Shown: positions 26,301 to 37,529 of the stretch, one piece after another | How the letters are laid out: every line of letters begins with the position of its first letter | Position numbering within the stretch: position 1 is the first letter of the stretch | Position numbers and translations under genes: made by a program | Assembly (NCBI GenBank): GCA_016748015.1 | Contig: JAAOMT010000786.1 | Coordinates: 685,814-749,813, forward strand | Direction of reading: 5' to 3' | Length of the DNA: 64,000 nucleotides | Source of the DNA: Geosiphon pyriformis uo1 | Lineage: Eukaryota; Fungi; Glomeromycota | The notes under the pieces: generated by a model | Told to the model about the DNA's origin: nothing | What the model saw: only the letters and a program-made list of their open reading frames with translations | Database searches by the model: none

Positions 26301-29300
26301 TTTCAGAAAAAGTAAAAAGAGGAACACCCTTTAATGTGGCATATAACAGTGCTCTCAACAAACTTTATTACTACTCCCATAATGCCAAGATGATTTTTGA
26401 CCTAGCAATGGCATTAATTAATAGAGCTACCAAAGAAGATGTCCATCAAATGAAGGAAGCAGAATACATTGAATACACCATGGAATTAGCTGGATTCGAT
26501 TACGAAGATGAAGTAGAAGTCTACTACCAAATTGCAAGTTACACCTACTCAACCCAAGAAGCTCAAATTCAATGATTAGAGCAAATGAATATTAGGCTAT
26601 GTGAAGAATGCATTATGTCTTGTAATGAACAGTGGTGTCCTGAATGCTATGCTCTTAGCATCCCCTTGCCCAGTGAAAGTAATGAGAAAGAAATTGAATT
26701 TGGAGAACCTGAAGCAATGGAAGAAATTGAAACAACATCTATCTACCTTATCAAAAATCAGCCTGCCTTACAACTCAAATACTTCAACAACAATGGACAA
26801 GAAATAAAACCTGAAAAAGCACACAAAATTGATGCTGGATATGACCTAAGATATCCAGACAAGGATACTCTTGTTCTCAAACCCAAATCTCTCACAAAAA
26901 TCAACCTCAAAATTGCACTCGAAATCCCGCCAGGAGCAATGGTTCAAATCGCCTCCCAGTCTTCTCTGGCAAGCAAAGGAATCAATGTTAAAGAAGGAAT
27001 AATAAATGCTGGATATACTGGAAACATTACAGTAATGCTTCAAAATAAAACTAACAAACCATTCAAGATTGAACATGCTGAAAAAATTGCCCAAGCTATT
27101 TACCTACTCCTAATCAACATTTTGGGTTTGCAACTAGTCAATCAAAGAGAACAATTAGGAAAAAGTGATAGAGGAACTCAAGGTTTTGGTTCAACTGGAT
27201 GATTCACAGTTCCAGTTAATATAGCTCTTAACACACAGAACAAATTCCACCAGATTTTCAGACTTCTACAACCAATTACTATCTCACTCTTTGGAGAACA
27301 TTCGAAAATCTACATCTGTCCAAAGCCAACAACCACACAACAAATTTTTGAGTCCAATAAACAAGTCTGTTTGGAACATAATATTTTGATTCCAAACATT
27401 TATATTCCAGAAGAAACAAAGAAAGTCTGAGTTACTTTTTACAATCCCAACAATTACTCCATAGTTTTATTAAATAATTTAAAAATTGGAGTTATTCACA
27501 GTAATATATTTCAACAAGAATTACCCCAAACAGTTTCCGATTTCTCTAAAATTATTGGACATTCACTACCAAAAATCAACCCAAACCCCAGCTCTGAAAA
27601 CTATTATGTTGTCATGGAAAAACTATCTCGAATCAACATGGGACAACTTGAACCACAACAACAAAACCAGCTCAAAGAGCTAATTGCAGAATTTGCTGAT
27701 ATCTTTGCTGAAAACAACAATGACTTAAGAAGAACTGATTTGGTTCAACATCAAATCTACACAGAAGATGCCAAACCAAGGCAACAACAAGCCTACTGAG
27801 TTGCTCTAGAAAGCCACCAATTCATCCAAGAAGAAGTACAACAAATGCTTAACAACGGGCTCATCCAACCCTCCATAAGTTCTTGGACTTCACCTGTAGT
27901 GCTAGTTAAAAAAAAAAATGGAAAGATACAATTTTGTGTTGACTATTGACAACTCAACAGTGTTACAATTGGAGATATCTACCCCTTTCCCCAAATTGAT
28001 GACATGTTAGATGCCCTTGGAAAATTCAAATACTTTTTAACACTAGATTTAGAAAGCAGTTACTGGCAAGTTGCTATGGATTCCAAAGATTGTCCTAAAA
28101 CAACATTCACCACCTAAGATGGAAATTATGAGTTCAATGTAATGCCTTTTGGATTATGCAATGCACCAGCAATGTTTTAGAGATTAATGGATGTTGTGTA
28201 CCAAGGACTCCTTTAGAAGTCAGTAGTCATTTATCTTGACAATACTGATGTTTATTCTCCATCATTCGAATTACACTTAAAACACCTGTGAAAAGTTTTT
28301 TAACAATTACAAAAAACAGAACTAAAACTCAACATCGAAAAATGCTACTTTGGAAAAACAAGCTTGGCCTTTTTTGGTCATATCATTAGTAAAGATAGAA
28401 TCAAACTGGATTCTGGAAAAATCAGTGCTGTCAAAAACTTCAAAATTCCTTGAAACACTACAAAACTAAGAGAATTCATAGGGTTAGCTTTCTACTATCG
28501 GAAGTTTATCAAAAAATTCTCAGAAATTGCAAAATCTCTTAACCAGCTTACCACCAAAAACATTGAATACAAATGGACTGCTAAATGCCAAAATGCATTT
28601 GAAATCCTCAAAGAAAAACTAACGACAGCTCCAATTCTCACCTACCCAGATTTTGGCAACTGATTCTGATTAGCAACAGATGTCTCTTATACTGCCTTTG
28701 GTGCTATTCTATCATAATTGGATGACAATGAAAATAAGCAAGTAATTGCCTATGCTAACAGAACATTAAAACCAGCTGAAAAAAATTATCCTGCTACTGA
28801 ATTGGAAACAGCAGCTGTAATTTGGGCCCTACATTATTTCAACCTTTATCTCGGCCAAAGAAATTTAATATTATCACTTATAATATTGGACTCAAATGGT
28901 TTCAGAACAAAAATACTCAGCTAAACGCAAAACAAACCTGATGGACAGGATTTCTAGCAAACTATCGATACATAGTACATCACAAACCAGGAAAACTCCA
29001 CACTAATGTTGACTGTCTCTCCAGAATGAGACAAGATTAGAAAACACAAAAACCAACACTCAACTTAACCAACCAAAACAGCCAACAAACAATGAATTAG
29101 GAAAACTACAACAATCTCAAACAATATTTAGAAACATTAACAATCCCAACAGATTGGTCTCCAGATGAAAAACATTGACTACAACAACAAGCCAAACAAT
29201 ATTTTCTACACAACAACATTATTTATCATCAAAATTTCAAAAACCCAGACAAACCACTCAGATTAATACAAGAACAAGAAAAAAAGACTATTATACAACA

Positions 29301-30476
29301 TGTACTCAGATCTTTCATCAGCACACTTCGGAAAAGACAGCACCACCCAAAGAACACTAGAATACTACTTTTGGCCTCGAATAAGAAAAAACATTCATGA
29401 ATATATCGAATCTTGTGATAGTTGTCAAAGAAGAGAAGGAACACACCCTACTGAATCATTAAATCCAATCAAAGTTGGACAGCCTTTTGACTGAGTTGGT
29501 ATCAATTTAGTCAGACCACTCCCTATTACAAACCAAGGAAACTATTATATTGCAGTAGCTGTAAACTATCTTACCAAATGGCCTGAAGCCAGAGCTATTC
29601 AATGAGCAGATGCGAAATCAGTAGCAAACTTCATCTATGAAGACATCATTTGTAGACATGGATGCTCAATAGAACTTTTATCTGATCAAGGAACACACTT
29701 TGTGAACAACCTGATACAAAAAATTTGCGAACAATTCAATGTCAAAAGGCCTCTGTCTTCATTCTACCATCCACAAACAAACAGACTTGTGGAACGTTTT
29801 AACAGAACATTGTGTGAGTCATTAGCCAAAGTCTCAACCAATTTTGAGCAAGAGTGGGATATCTTTATTCCATCAATGTTATTAGCATATAGAACACTAA
29901 AACAAGATACCACAAAACACACACCATTTGATTTAACTTATGGAAGAACAGCAACATTACCAATTAGTTTTATAGTGGAAACATACCCAGCACAACCAAT
30001 CAATAAAAACAATTTTCAGGAAACACTACAACAAAGAGCCTACACTCTGCTTAACACATTGGAAGGAAAACGACGAATAGTAGCAACTCATATTGAACAT
30101 TCTCAAGCTCAACAAAAAAAAAGACATGACAACAAATTACCACCTATTACCAATGAATTTAAAGTTAAAAATAAAGTTCTCTTACACAGAACTAAAGCTG
30201 AAAAACAATGGAGTGAAAAATTTGAAAATAAATGAGATGAACCATTCTTTATCTATGAAATTCTAGGCAACGGATCATATAAGCTAAGACTTGATGACAA
30301 AATCCTAGCAAAAGTTGCACATAGAGATCATTTGAAACACTATAATTCCAGAAACAATCCTGAACCATTAATTCCACAAATTGGCACACATTCCCCTTTA
30401 ATCAATCCTGAAGATATTCTCTGGAATTTAGAATCAATAGTTGTCATTGAACAACCTCCCAACTTGAACACTTAAT
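23377..30476 (+). pseudogene. Gypsy-1 gag-pol (stops/frameshifts): gag ~23377-25300, protease ~25430-25790, Cys-rich ~26040-26650, dUTPase ~26770-27200, RT ~27620-28600, RNase H ~28610-29040, integrase ~29092-30476
   Basis: CHYCGISGHxKRDC; LILDSGSAGSII; DAGYDL...GIINAGYTG...RGTQGFGSTG; VMPFGLCNAP, YLDN; LATDVS; HFG...CDSCQ, SDQGTHF, VERFNRTL. Confidence 0.92.
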
Positions 30477-30597
30477 TTAAATTTATTATTATAGTTATAT
30501 CATTATAATTTAGAAACAATCTCACAAAAACAAAACAAAAATAACATAAAAACCCATACACCAAAAATAATTTTCTTTTATTTTCAAATCTCTTATA

Positions 30598-31317
30598 ATG
30601 ACTATTCCTCAAAACATTCAACAATTATCCCAAAAACTAATGTTAGCTTTAAAAACAATACCCAAATTATCTATTACTGTTACTGGAAACCACATTAATT
30701 ATACCTAAACAGAAGTAGTTACAAATTTAGCCCCAAATTCACGAAAATATCACCCATATAAGAAGAACACAAAAAGTTATTCTGGAATTCACCTGCCAGA
30801 ACTTTTAAAGCTTGCTTTAAGAGAAAATTTAATGTTCACTCCTATTAGTATTCCACCAAATACTACTATTCAACAAAAACTTCAACTGTGTCTTAATGAA
30901 GAAAACCATGACTATACTCCAATATATAGATATTTCTACATTGGAAAAACACTTCACAAACAAAAATGGGAGCTTACAGCAGCAAACCTCACAAAAGAAG
31001 CTATTCAAAAACAACTCCACAATGAATTCAAAACAACAGCTGGACCTATAAACAGTCGCTATAAACTAAAAGCTGCTCTTAGACTTTATGACCTATTCCA
31101 CACCTGTGAAAACGTCCTACAAAACCCAATTTTACAATCTTTGAAGATTCAATACATCGGAAAGCTCACAGAACTGAAATTTTAACAATTTTCAGACCAA
31201 ATTTCTTCAATAATTTTGGATTATTATCTGGAAATTACAGACAGTACTTGGACTTCGACGGAGCTCAATCTTGAGGAGGAGGTTATGTTACCAGATGAAA
31301 TTAGAGATATTGTTTAG
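30598..31317 (+). pseudogene. Gypsy-1 3' accessory ORF of unknown function (~240 codons, two in-frame TAA), reading through the PPT into the 3' LTR
   Basis: ATG 30598 is in frame with ORF-track 30832-31185; homologous ORFs lie at the same position in Gypsy-2 and Gypsy-3. Confidence 0.75.
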
Positions 31318-32268
31318 CATGAAATTACCCTTATAAATCTTATTATTAATTAGCATATATTATTATTTCAAATTATCACTTATTATATTAGCAAAATATA
31401 TCTGAAATTATCATTTAATTAATAACCCAATTTATACATAACACAAATGTAATCTAATTGTGATGATCAATTATGCAATACCCTGAACTATATAACATTC
31501 AAAAAGTTTACCGAAATTTGTAAGAAATTTGCCAAAATAATTGATAGTTTGCCAAAATATCTAATAGTTCGCAGAAATAACTTGTAGTTCACCGAAATGT
31601 ATCTTTAATTCAGCAAAATTATAGAAAATAGCAAAGTTCAAGTTCATAAAATAGTATTACGACAAGTTGTATAAAAGAAGAGCTTCTCTCTTTGAGAAAA
31701 TATATCTTACTTTAGATTTATCTCTTAAAACCATTCCTACACACACAAAAAAAAATAAATATCAAATAATTCGAAAAACCAAATTCTTTAATTATTGTAC
31801 TTGGAAAATTCTCAAAACCCAACTAACATTTCAAAATTGATTAGCTACCAATTTCAGTAAACTGTTAGTGACTCCAGGCCTGGATAGAAAATGTTTCCCT
31901 TGACAGAATTCTATTTCTTTTACATTTCTTTTATTTTTCTTTTATTTTTTGATTACAATCATTAGGGTAGTCTACAGACAAGATTCCTGTAGAAGAGTTG
32001 ACTTTTACAGCAAAGTAACTACACATTTTTAGTGAGCTTTCAAACGAGCAATTCCTGGGAAAGAGTTGACGTTTACTACAACATAACTACATAAAGTAAC
32101 TGGCAAGGAATTGGCCATTTCACTTATAAGCCCAGTAGTTCAAATTATAGGAGATAATTTGAAGATAAATTCAGTTACTGGAGGTTCAACCACATCCAAA
32201 AAACGTGAATTCACAGCAAACAGGCATCAACAACATTTAAAAAAAGAGACCAAAAACCTTCAGTAACA
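31286..32268 (+). repeat. Gypsy-1 3' LTR
   Basis: Direct repeat of 22380-23362, differing mostly by C/T and G/A transitions. Confidence 0.96.
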
Positions 32269-35200
32269 TTGGCATGTTTTGAAAGTAGATGAGGTTCCTA
32301 GTCATTTGATTTCTGTGCACCTTTTGTTTAAGAACAAGCTTTTAGTTACAATCTTGGATCTGTATACTGGTGCATCTATCAACACACAATTTAGTCAGGC
32401 TGCTAACATCAATTCTATGGTTTCTAAGGCAGTCAATTCTAGCTCTTTTGTGGTTTTGGGCAGTGACTTTAATGAAAATGGGTCTGGCAAAAGTGCAAGT
32501 TTCAAGTTCTGTTTGGGTTTGGGCCTAGTTAATACTTTTAATGGACACTCATTGGCCAAGGCTTTCACCTGGGGCAACTCTAGAAGTGTTGAGAGAGTAA
32601 TTGATTTATTTTAGTAAGTTGAAATTTGGCATCTGCTATGACATTGCATTTTGTCAATAATGTGTTTAAGTTTTTTGATACAGATCATAAGTCTGTTTCT
32701 GTTTTGATTGATTTGGGTGGGCTGCTGGATACACATCTTATTAGCATTTGCAAACAAGCCAACCAAGACCAGTAGAAGGTTAAATTAAAGGATGCAGATA
32801 ATATTCAGTGGTTAAGCTTTAAAGACTGCTTTTCTGCCAAGCTGTTGGCTAGGTTAGACATGTTTAAGAAGGCAAAAGTCAATGGTGACTTGAATACAAT
32901 GTGGAAAATATTGGAAGAAGCCATAGTTCAGACTGCTGACACAGCTTTTTTTAGGATCTGGTATAGTGAATATGACTGTTTGAGGAATAAACAATCTTCC
33001 AAATTCTTTGAATTAGACCTGCTTGTTGCAAAAGTTGTGAAATGTTAGAACTCTGGTGATCTCCTAAATTTCAACCACCTTATTAAGGTGTGGTTGGCTA
33101 TTAATGTAGTCAAAGCTTTTAAAATTGATGACATAGTTTTGAATGGTGTGAGCTCAATGGAGTTGATTAAACATTTATCAGTAGTGAAGAAAGGGTATTG
33201 TAAGTCCAAGTATTATAAGTCTAAGATTGCTGAGAATACCACTATAAGGAAGACAATTGACCGTCATATGGAAAACTTTTGTTCTGACAAAGGAAAGATG
33301 ATAAAGAGCATTCTGGAATGTCCATTTCACAAGATGGTTTTGGATCACTTGGTTGTGGATGATAAGCTGGTGATTGAGCTTAATAAAGTAAAGCTCAAGA
33401 TTGATGAAATTATGGAAGAATGGACAAGAAAGTGATCAGTTCTTCCAAAAATACCTGACCTCTGGGCTCGACAATATATGCTTCTGAATTATATAGATGA
33501 TAATACTTTCTCTAGTGTAATGGTTGAAATTGGTATGGAGGAATTGTTTTTGGTTGTTGATGATCTGCCAAACAATAAAGCAGCCAGGTTATCTGAGATA
33601 CCTAATAAACTCTGGAAACATTGTGGTGAGGAGGTTTTGGCCTGTCTTTTGAAATTGTTGAATTTGTGTTTGAATATGGGTGCAGTTCCTAATCTGTGAA
33701 AGAAGGCGTGAATTTCAATAATTCTGAAACCTTATGAGTAGAATGGTGTTTTAATAAATACCAGATCTATTGCATTGGTCGAAATAGCACATAAAATACT
33801 ATTTAAGATCTTGTCTAATTGAATATCTTTGGCTTGTAGCAAGTTTAATGTTCTTTGTAGTGACAATTTTTTGGTATTGAAGAGTACTTTGACCCAGTCT
33901 CTTATATTTGCTATTGGCTCAGTTGTTGAGGATGTTTTGGAAAAAAACAGGGAGTTTTAATTAGTGCTGCAGGATATGTACAAAACTTATGATTTAGTAG
34001 GCTGGTATCATTTGCGAGTAAGCTTGTATTGTATCAAAATGTGTGAACATTTCATCCAATTTTTTGGCAACATTCATGGGGACTGGATCAATAGGGTGAT
34101 AACCGACTTTAGGCTTTGGATAGTTATAGAGTACATAATGGGTTGGATCAAGGAGAAGTCTTTTCCTTGCTGCTTTGAAGAATATTTTATGATCCACATT
34201 TGTGTGAAGTAAAAAGGCATAAGCACTTATGTGAATATAGGGTTGATTCTAAGTTTGTAGCAAAGTCTGGCAGGATTGAAGTGAGTGGTAGGAAAACCTC
34301 TTTTTTGGCTGTGGGAGCTTTTGTTGATGATACGATTTGAGTCAAAAGTAGTTAAGTATCTATGCAGTATATTTTGAACATTGCAAGTGAATTTTTTGTA
34401 ATTAATGACATCTCAATTAATAATAATAAGATAATAACAATTTCTATCAATTAGGAAGTTAGAGATGCTTTGCTATTAATCAATGGATTGCCAATTTTGA
34501 TTGCTAAAAAGTGTAAGTCACACCAATATTTGGGTATTTTCCTGTCAACTGAGGGTCTCTTTAAGTCCAATTTGGTTCAAGCCCATAAGAATGTCAGGTT
34601 TTTTTCTAATATAGTGTTAAGAAAAGCTATTATGAACAAACAATTCTGTTATTTGGTCTTGGCAGTTTTGCAGCCTATTGTTAACTATTGTGTGCAGTTC
34701 AGTTTTGTTACTTTAGATGTGTGTTGTAAGTAGAATATTATAATTAAAAAAGGTTTTAAAGCCAAAGCTAGTTTACCACATGACTTTCCCAGTAAAGTCT
34801 TACACCATTCTTCTTTATATGTTTTGAAGTCCTTTGAGCAAGTGCAGTCTGAAGAAAAGCTGGCATTACTGATTTTATTTTTTAATGGCCATGGCATTTT
34901 TAGGTGTTTGTTTAATCATAAATTTTTGGATTTGCAAGGTCTGAGATGGTCTCCTTTGAATCTTTTGCAATTTTCTGTTAGGTTGCATGTTAGTTCTGTA
35001 AACAATTTTTTGGCAGGGGTGGTGAAAATTTTTTTGGAGAATAAATTATCTTTGGTAAACAATTTATTTTGTGCCTTCTGTGGGTCCAGCAATTTTCTGA
35101 TGTCTAACATTTTGGGTCAGTCTTTGTATTACAAATCTGTTTTTTCATTGAAGCATTTTGGTGTTGCTTTTGGTAACAGAATTCTTGACAAGAGAGGAAG

Positions 35201-36835
35201 AGTGATGGACTGGAAAACATTTTGGTGTTGAAAGCAATTAGACCCAAGAGGCCCTGTGTCTTACTGGTTTTCTTTGACATCTGATTTTATGAACAATTGT
35301 GTTTCTTTGGGAGTCGGAGCTGCTACTACTGCTAAAGAGGATGTGCTGAGTGTTTTGGATTCTGATAGGTTCTCTGAAGTTCGTGATAGTCTTCTGGAAA
35401 TGTGGTCTAATTGTATTGAGGCTTATACAGATGGGTTTTTAAGATATGCTGGTTCTGTTGGAATAACAGGTGGTGCAGTTACATACTTTCCAGCTGTGAA
35501 TGCAAGCATTGGAGTTAAGGTTGCTGGACTTTTGTCCTCTACTTTAACTGAGTTGTAAGCTGTGGTGTTGGCTTTGGAGTGTGTTCCATCTTCTTGCTCA
35601 GGGGTTTTGTATTCAGATAGTCAATCTGCAATTGATGCCTACATTTCTGAGGCTTTTTCAACTACACCTGATTTCTGTAACCAATGTTGGATTAAAAGAT
35701 TGCATATTGTCAATCTCTTTAAAGACAAGAATATTTCAATTAAGTGGGTGAAGGTTAAAAGACATTCAAATGTGTTGGACAACATAAGGGCTGACATGCT
35801 GGCTAATGAGGCTACTTTCTCATCTCTTTTTTTGCCAGTTAAAATCTGGAAAAGGTTTCTAGTCACTGAAAAAACTGCCATATCTGGCAATGTTTGTCAT
35901 TTTGCTCAGGACTTATACTGGTCAATATGCTGTGCCCATTGGGAGGCTGGTTCAGATTTTGATATAGTTCTAAACATTATAATTAAGGAAATAAATTGGA
36001 ATACTACTGCAGCAATTTGGCATCTTGATTGACACATGCTTTCTGGGTTTACCAGTAGAAAGTCAGCCAATTTGTGCATGTATTTGATGAAGGCTGTATA
36101 TAGATGGCTGCCAATTGTAGTTAGAAAAAGGTTGTATAGCAAAAGTTATCCTAATGTTTTGTGTTTGGTGTGTGGTGAGGTGAAGTTTTCTGATCATGTT
36201 TTCGCTTGTTCTGATGACTCTGGTCTCTGTGAAGACATTTTGGTTAAAGCTGCTAAAAAATGGATATCAATGTCTGGTCTTTCGAGTTCATTCCCATCTA
36301 CTATTTTGCTTTCACTCTCATTATGTTTTTTAGATATGAGTCTTTATACAGCAGTGTACAAGGGTTTTGTAATAAGAGATTGGTATGCTGAAGTTGTTTC
36401 AGTTTTTGAGAATAAAAAAAAAGCTATTCAAACTTTAGTGGAATACATCAGGTTTCAACACACTTGGATATGAACTGTTAAGACCAAGCACAGAGTGGAA
36501 ATAAAAAAAGCTGGCTTAGTTGGAGATAATAGTGTGATTTCTGGCTTGTCCAGCAGTATAGTTTCTACATTGTCAGATGGTGTTGTTCGCATGCTTGGTG
36601 TTATAGAATCTTTTGCTGTTAGGTTTGATAGGTGCAAATTGTGTCGTTTTTTCTCTGGTTTAAGTGATAATGCTTTTGTTACTATAGGTATGTAGTATTG
36701 TCTTGTCTGGCCCGAGTAGCTGGCCACATATAGTTTGTGTATAAGCTGCATTTAGTTGGTTCCACTTAGTTTGGTTCTATGTACTAAATAGTGGTTGGGC
36801 TTTACTTGTAAAACTTGTAATAAAAAATAAAATAA

Positions 36836-37500
36836 AATTAATACTTAAATATAAAAAGAGCTTTTTTTTATTAAGCTATCATAAAATTTATTTCTAAATA
36901 GTTAATTTTTAATGTTATTACTCTACAAAAAAGAAAAAAAATTAAAATAAAATTAAAATTAAAATTAAAAAAAAATTTTAATATTATTAATTACTATAAT
37001 TAAAAACAATTGGTCCAAATTATTATAGTTTTAAAGTATTTTTATGTTAATAGTATTTGATTTAAAGCAAAGATAAAAAAGACAATTGATTTAATTTTAA
37101 TAATCAAAATATTGAAATCATATACATGTAAATTAAATGATAAAATTTTATTAAATTGATTTATAAATATATATAAGATAAAATTAATTAAATTAAAATT
37201 AAAATATTAGAAAAAAAATAATTTTTGTTTTTTTTTTACTGTTTTTTTTTATTTATTAAAATTATTTACTTTTATATATGTTTTTTAGTTTTATAAAATT
37301 GTTTTTAATTACTTGTTATAATTAATTATTGCTTGCTATTTTAGCTATTACTATGTTTTTTTATGCTATAATTAATTATTTTGTACTATTTTGTATTATT
37401 ATGTATTATTTTGTATTATTTTAAGTTATTTTGTGTTATTTTATATTATTTTGTTTTATTCTGTTATTATAATTGAAACTTATAGTTTTTATTAATTATT
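36836..37500 (-). mobile_element. Right part of the split, decayed family-3 LTR
   Basis: AAAGAGCTTTTTTTTATTAAGCTATCATAAAATTTATTTCTAAATAGTTAATTTT is colinear with 61797ff and 39163ff; right end approximate. Confidence 0.7.
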
Positions 37501-37529
37501 ACATATATTAGCTATTAATGTTATATAAT

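Larger units (their letters stand above)
22380..32268 (+). mobile_element. Gypsy-1, full-length Ty3/Gypsy LTR retrotransposon (9889 bp), 4-bp TSD TCGG/TTGG
   Basis: 983-bp LTRs (TGTTAC...GTAACA), PBS TGGTGCTCTC, PPT GAGGAGGAGG; order gag(CCHC)-PR(LDSG)-Cys-rich-dUTPase-RT-RNH-IN-extra ORF. Confidence 0.96.
20140..36835 (+). mobile_element. LINE-A, non-LTR retrotransposon (ORF1 RRM-like plus CCHC; ORF2 APE-RT-RNaseH-Zn finger), decayed, interrupted by Gypsy-1
   Basis: ORF1 20267-22128 with VIKKIPIDMPKEMIVTALAKFGEIKSIKI and CxKCGHLNHSALEC. ORF2 from 22125: APE (CNIR, GSDFNE), RT (QDMYKTYDLV, GLDQGE, AFVDD), RNase H (YTDG, YSDSQSAID, WVKVKRH), CLVCGEVKFSDHVFAC; A-rich 3' end near 36830. Frame rejoins across the insertion as NSLAR-HVLKVDEVP. 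5' boundary approximate. Confidence 0.9.

Noticed and set aside
30598-31317. env gene / endogenous retrovirus
   Set aside because: No signal peptide, transmembrane helix or fusion-protein features; kept as an unknown accessory ORF.
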